64,000 nt of DNA, taken from contig JAWKHS010000007.1 in assembly GCA_041394705.1 (NCBI GenBank), positions 133,057 to 197,056 on the forward strand, read 5' to 3'. The stretch's first letter is position 1; each line of letters begins with the position of its first letter. The position numbers and the translations under genes are program-made. A model generated the notes under the pieces. It made no database searches, was not told the DNA's origin, and was given only the letters and a program-made list of their open reading frames with translations. Origin of the DNA: Vicinamibacterales bacterium (GTDB taxonomy: Bacteria; Acidobacteriota; Vicinamibacteria; Vicinamibacterales; UBA2999). Positions 62,775 through 64,000 of this stretch are shown in pieces.

Positions 62775-63958
62775 GGGTGCTCTACCTCACGCACCGGTTG
62801 CCCTACGCGCCGAACCGCGGCGATCGGATCCGGTCGTTCCACTTCGTCGAGGGCCTCCGGGCGGCGATGGACGTCGGCATCGTGTCCCTCGTTCACGATG
62901 ACGTCGAAGCCGCCGCCGTACCGCAGGTGGCCGACCGGGGCGTGGACGTCACGGTGGCGCGCGTCGCGGGCCTCAGCCGGTGGCTCCGCGCCACCGTCGC
63001 GCTGGCGGGGCCGGACCCGCTCACCCACCACCTGCTCACGGCGCCGACGATTCACCAGGCCGTGGAGAGCGCGGTGGCGCGGGCACGACCCGACGTGGTG
63101 CTCGCGATGTGCAGCAGCATGGCGCAGTTCGCGCTGCGCCCGCCGCTCGACCGCTATCCGCTCGTGCTCGACATGGTGGACGTCGACTCGGAGAAGTGGC
63201 GGAGCCTCGGCGCGGTCTCGCGGCCGCCGAAGTCGTGGGTCTACCGCCGCGAGGCCCGGGTGCTGTCGGCGTTCGAGCGCGTGGCGACCGAGCGCGCGGT
63301 GACCACGCTCGTCGTGAACGAGAAGGAGAGCGACGCGCTGAAGGCCCTGGCCCCGGACTCCGACATCCGCGTGATCTCGATGGGGGTGGACATCGACGCG
63401 TTCACGCCGATGGACCCCCCCGGCAACTCGGCCACGGTGGTCTTCTGCGGCGTGATGAACTACCCGCCGAACGAGTCCGGCGCGCTGTGGCTCGTTCGCG
63501 AGGTCTGGCCGCTCGTCCTGCAGCGGCGGCCCGACGCGCGGCTGGAAATCGTGGGCAGTCAGCCCACGGCCGCGGTGCGGGCCCTGGCCCGCCCCGGCAT
63601 CGTCGTGACCGGGCTCGTGCCGCACACCCGCGACTACCTCTGGCGGGCGGCCGTGGCCGTCGCTCCCTTGCACACGGCGCGAGGCCTGCAGAACAAGGTG
63701 TTCGAGGCGATGGCCGCCGGCGTGCCGGTCGTCGTGACGGCGGCCGTCCACGCGGGGCTGCCGCCGGGCGTGCGCCAGGCGTGCGAGGTGGCCGACTCGG
63801 CCCCCGACTACGCGGACCGGATCCTGCGCTGGCTGGAGCGTTCGCCGGCGGAGCGCCGCGCCCACGCGATGGGGGTGGACCTGCGCCCGTGGTCCTGGGC
63901 CGGACCTCGAGGCGAGCTGGTGGACGTCATCACGGCCGCGGCCGCGACCCGGACGTAG
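62771..63958 (+). CDS. Glycosyltransferase (GT-B); resembles the stp1-type PEP-CTERM/EpsH1-associated sugar transferases
   Basis: Real gene is the 3' part of track ORF 62297..63958. RVLYLTHRLPYAPNRGDRIRSFHF, DMVDVDSEKW, VFCGVMNYPPNESG, GLQNKVFEAMAAGVPVV. GTG 62771 overlaps the upstream stop (GTGA). Confidence 0.85.
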   Translation: MRVLYLTHRLPYAPNRGDRIRSFHFVEGLRAAMDVGIVSLVHDDVEAAAVPQVADRGVDVTVARVAGLSRWLRATVALAGPDPLTHHLLTAPTIHQAVESAVARARPDVVLAMCSSMAQFALRPPLDRYPLVLDMVDVDSEKWRSLGAVSRPPKSWVYRREARVLSAFERVATERAVTTLVVNEKESDALKALAPDSDIRVISMGVDIDAFTPMDPPGNSATVVFCGVMNYPPNESGALWLVREVWPLVLQRRPDARLEIVGSQPTAAVRALARPGIVVTGLVPHTRDYLWRAAVAVAPLHTARGLQNKVFEAMAAGVPVVVTAAVHAGLPPGVRQACEVADSAPDYADRILRWLERSPAERRAHAMGVDLRPWSWAGPRGELVDVITAAAATRT

Positions 63959-64000
63959 CCCGCTCGGGCCAGGACGGCGCGGGCGAAGCGCCCCCTGCCC

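Overview
Very GC-rich bacterial chromosomal window (by eye about two-thirds to 70% G+C, not computed) with about 50 tightly packed genes. I recognised no rRNA, tRNA, CRISPR array, transposase or integrase. Many long ORFs in the supplied track are antisense or out-of-frame artefacts of the GC content. Several real genes are only the 3' parts of longer track ORFs, and one real partial gene (1-2427, minus) is missing from the track.

Left 13 kb, all on the minus strand: an Aas-like acyl ligase/carrier/acyltransferase fusion, amtB-glnK, an FG-GAP/ASPIC protein, a GH20 hexosaminidase, an OprO/P-type porin, and a MacA-like adaptor with two MacB/FtsX-type permeases but no ATPase gene.

13-37.6 kb, housekeeping and signalling genes: FHA protein, MBL hydrolase, SDR, a degenerate MDH/LDH-like protein, an ECF sigma factor, lpdA-E2-lipB, an NtrC-type sigma54 response regulator, HU, queF, an atypical CpaE/TadZ-like ATPase next to a disordered protein, panE, a LolA-like + Omp85 pair, a HAD phosphatase, sucAB, and an ECF sigma factor paired with a TPR Ser/Thr kinase.

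37.6-64 kb: an exopolysaccharide locus whose gene set matches the PEP-CTERM/exosortase-A (XrtA/EpsH) type. It carries the export protein, beta-barrel OMP, chain-length determinant, ExeA-like ATPase, tyrosine autokinase, priming sugar transferase, deacetylase, FemAB-like protein, amidotransferase, O-antigen-ligase-like protein and stp1/stp2-like glycosyltransferases. No exosortase, EpsI or PEP-CTERM substrate lies in the window.

The most interesting signal sits in the centre of that locus. Two paralogous secreted proteins share an unassigned ~400-aa domain plus Fn3 modules, and one also carries a tandem Cys/DxDxDG repeat array. Each lies behind its own candidate sigma54 promoter. The locus itself is headed by a sigma54 activator that has no sensory domain. 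Taxonomic guess (inference only): Acidobacteriota-like.
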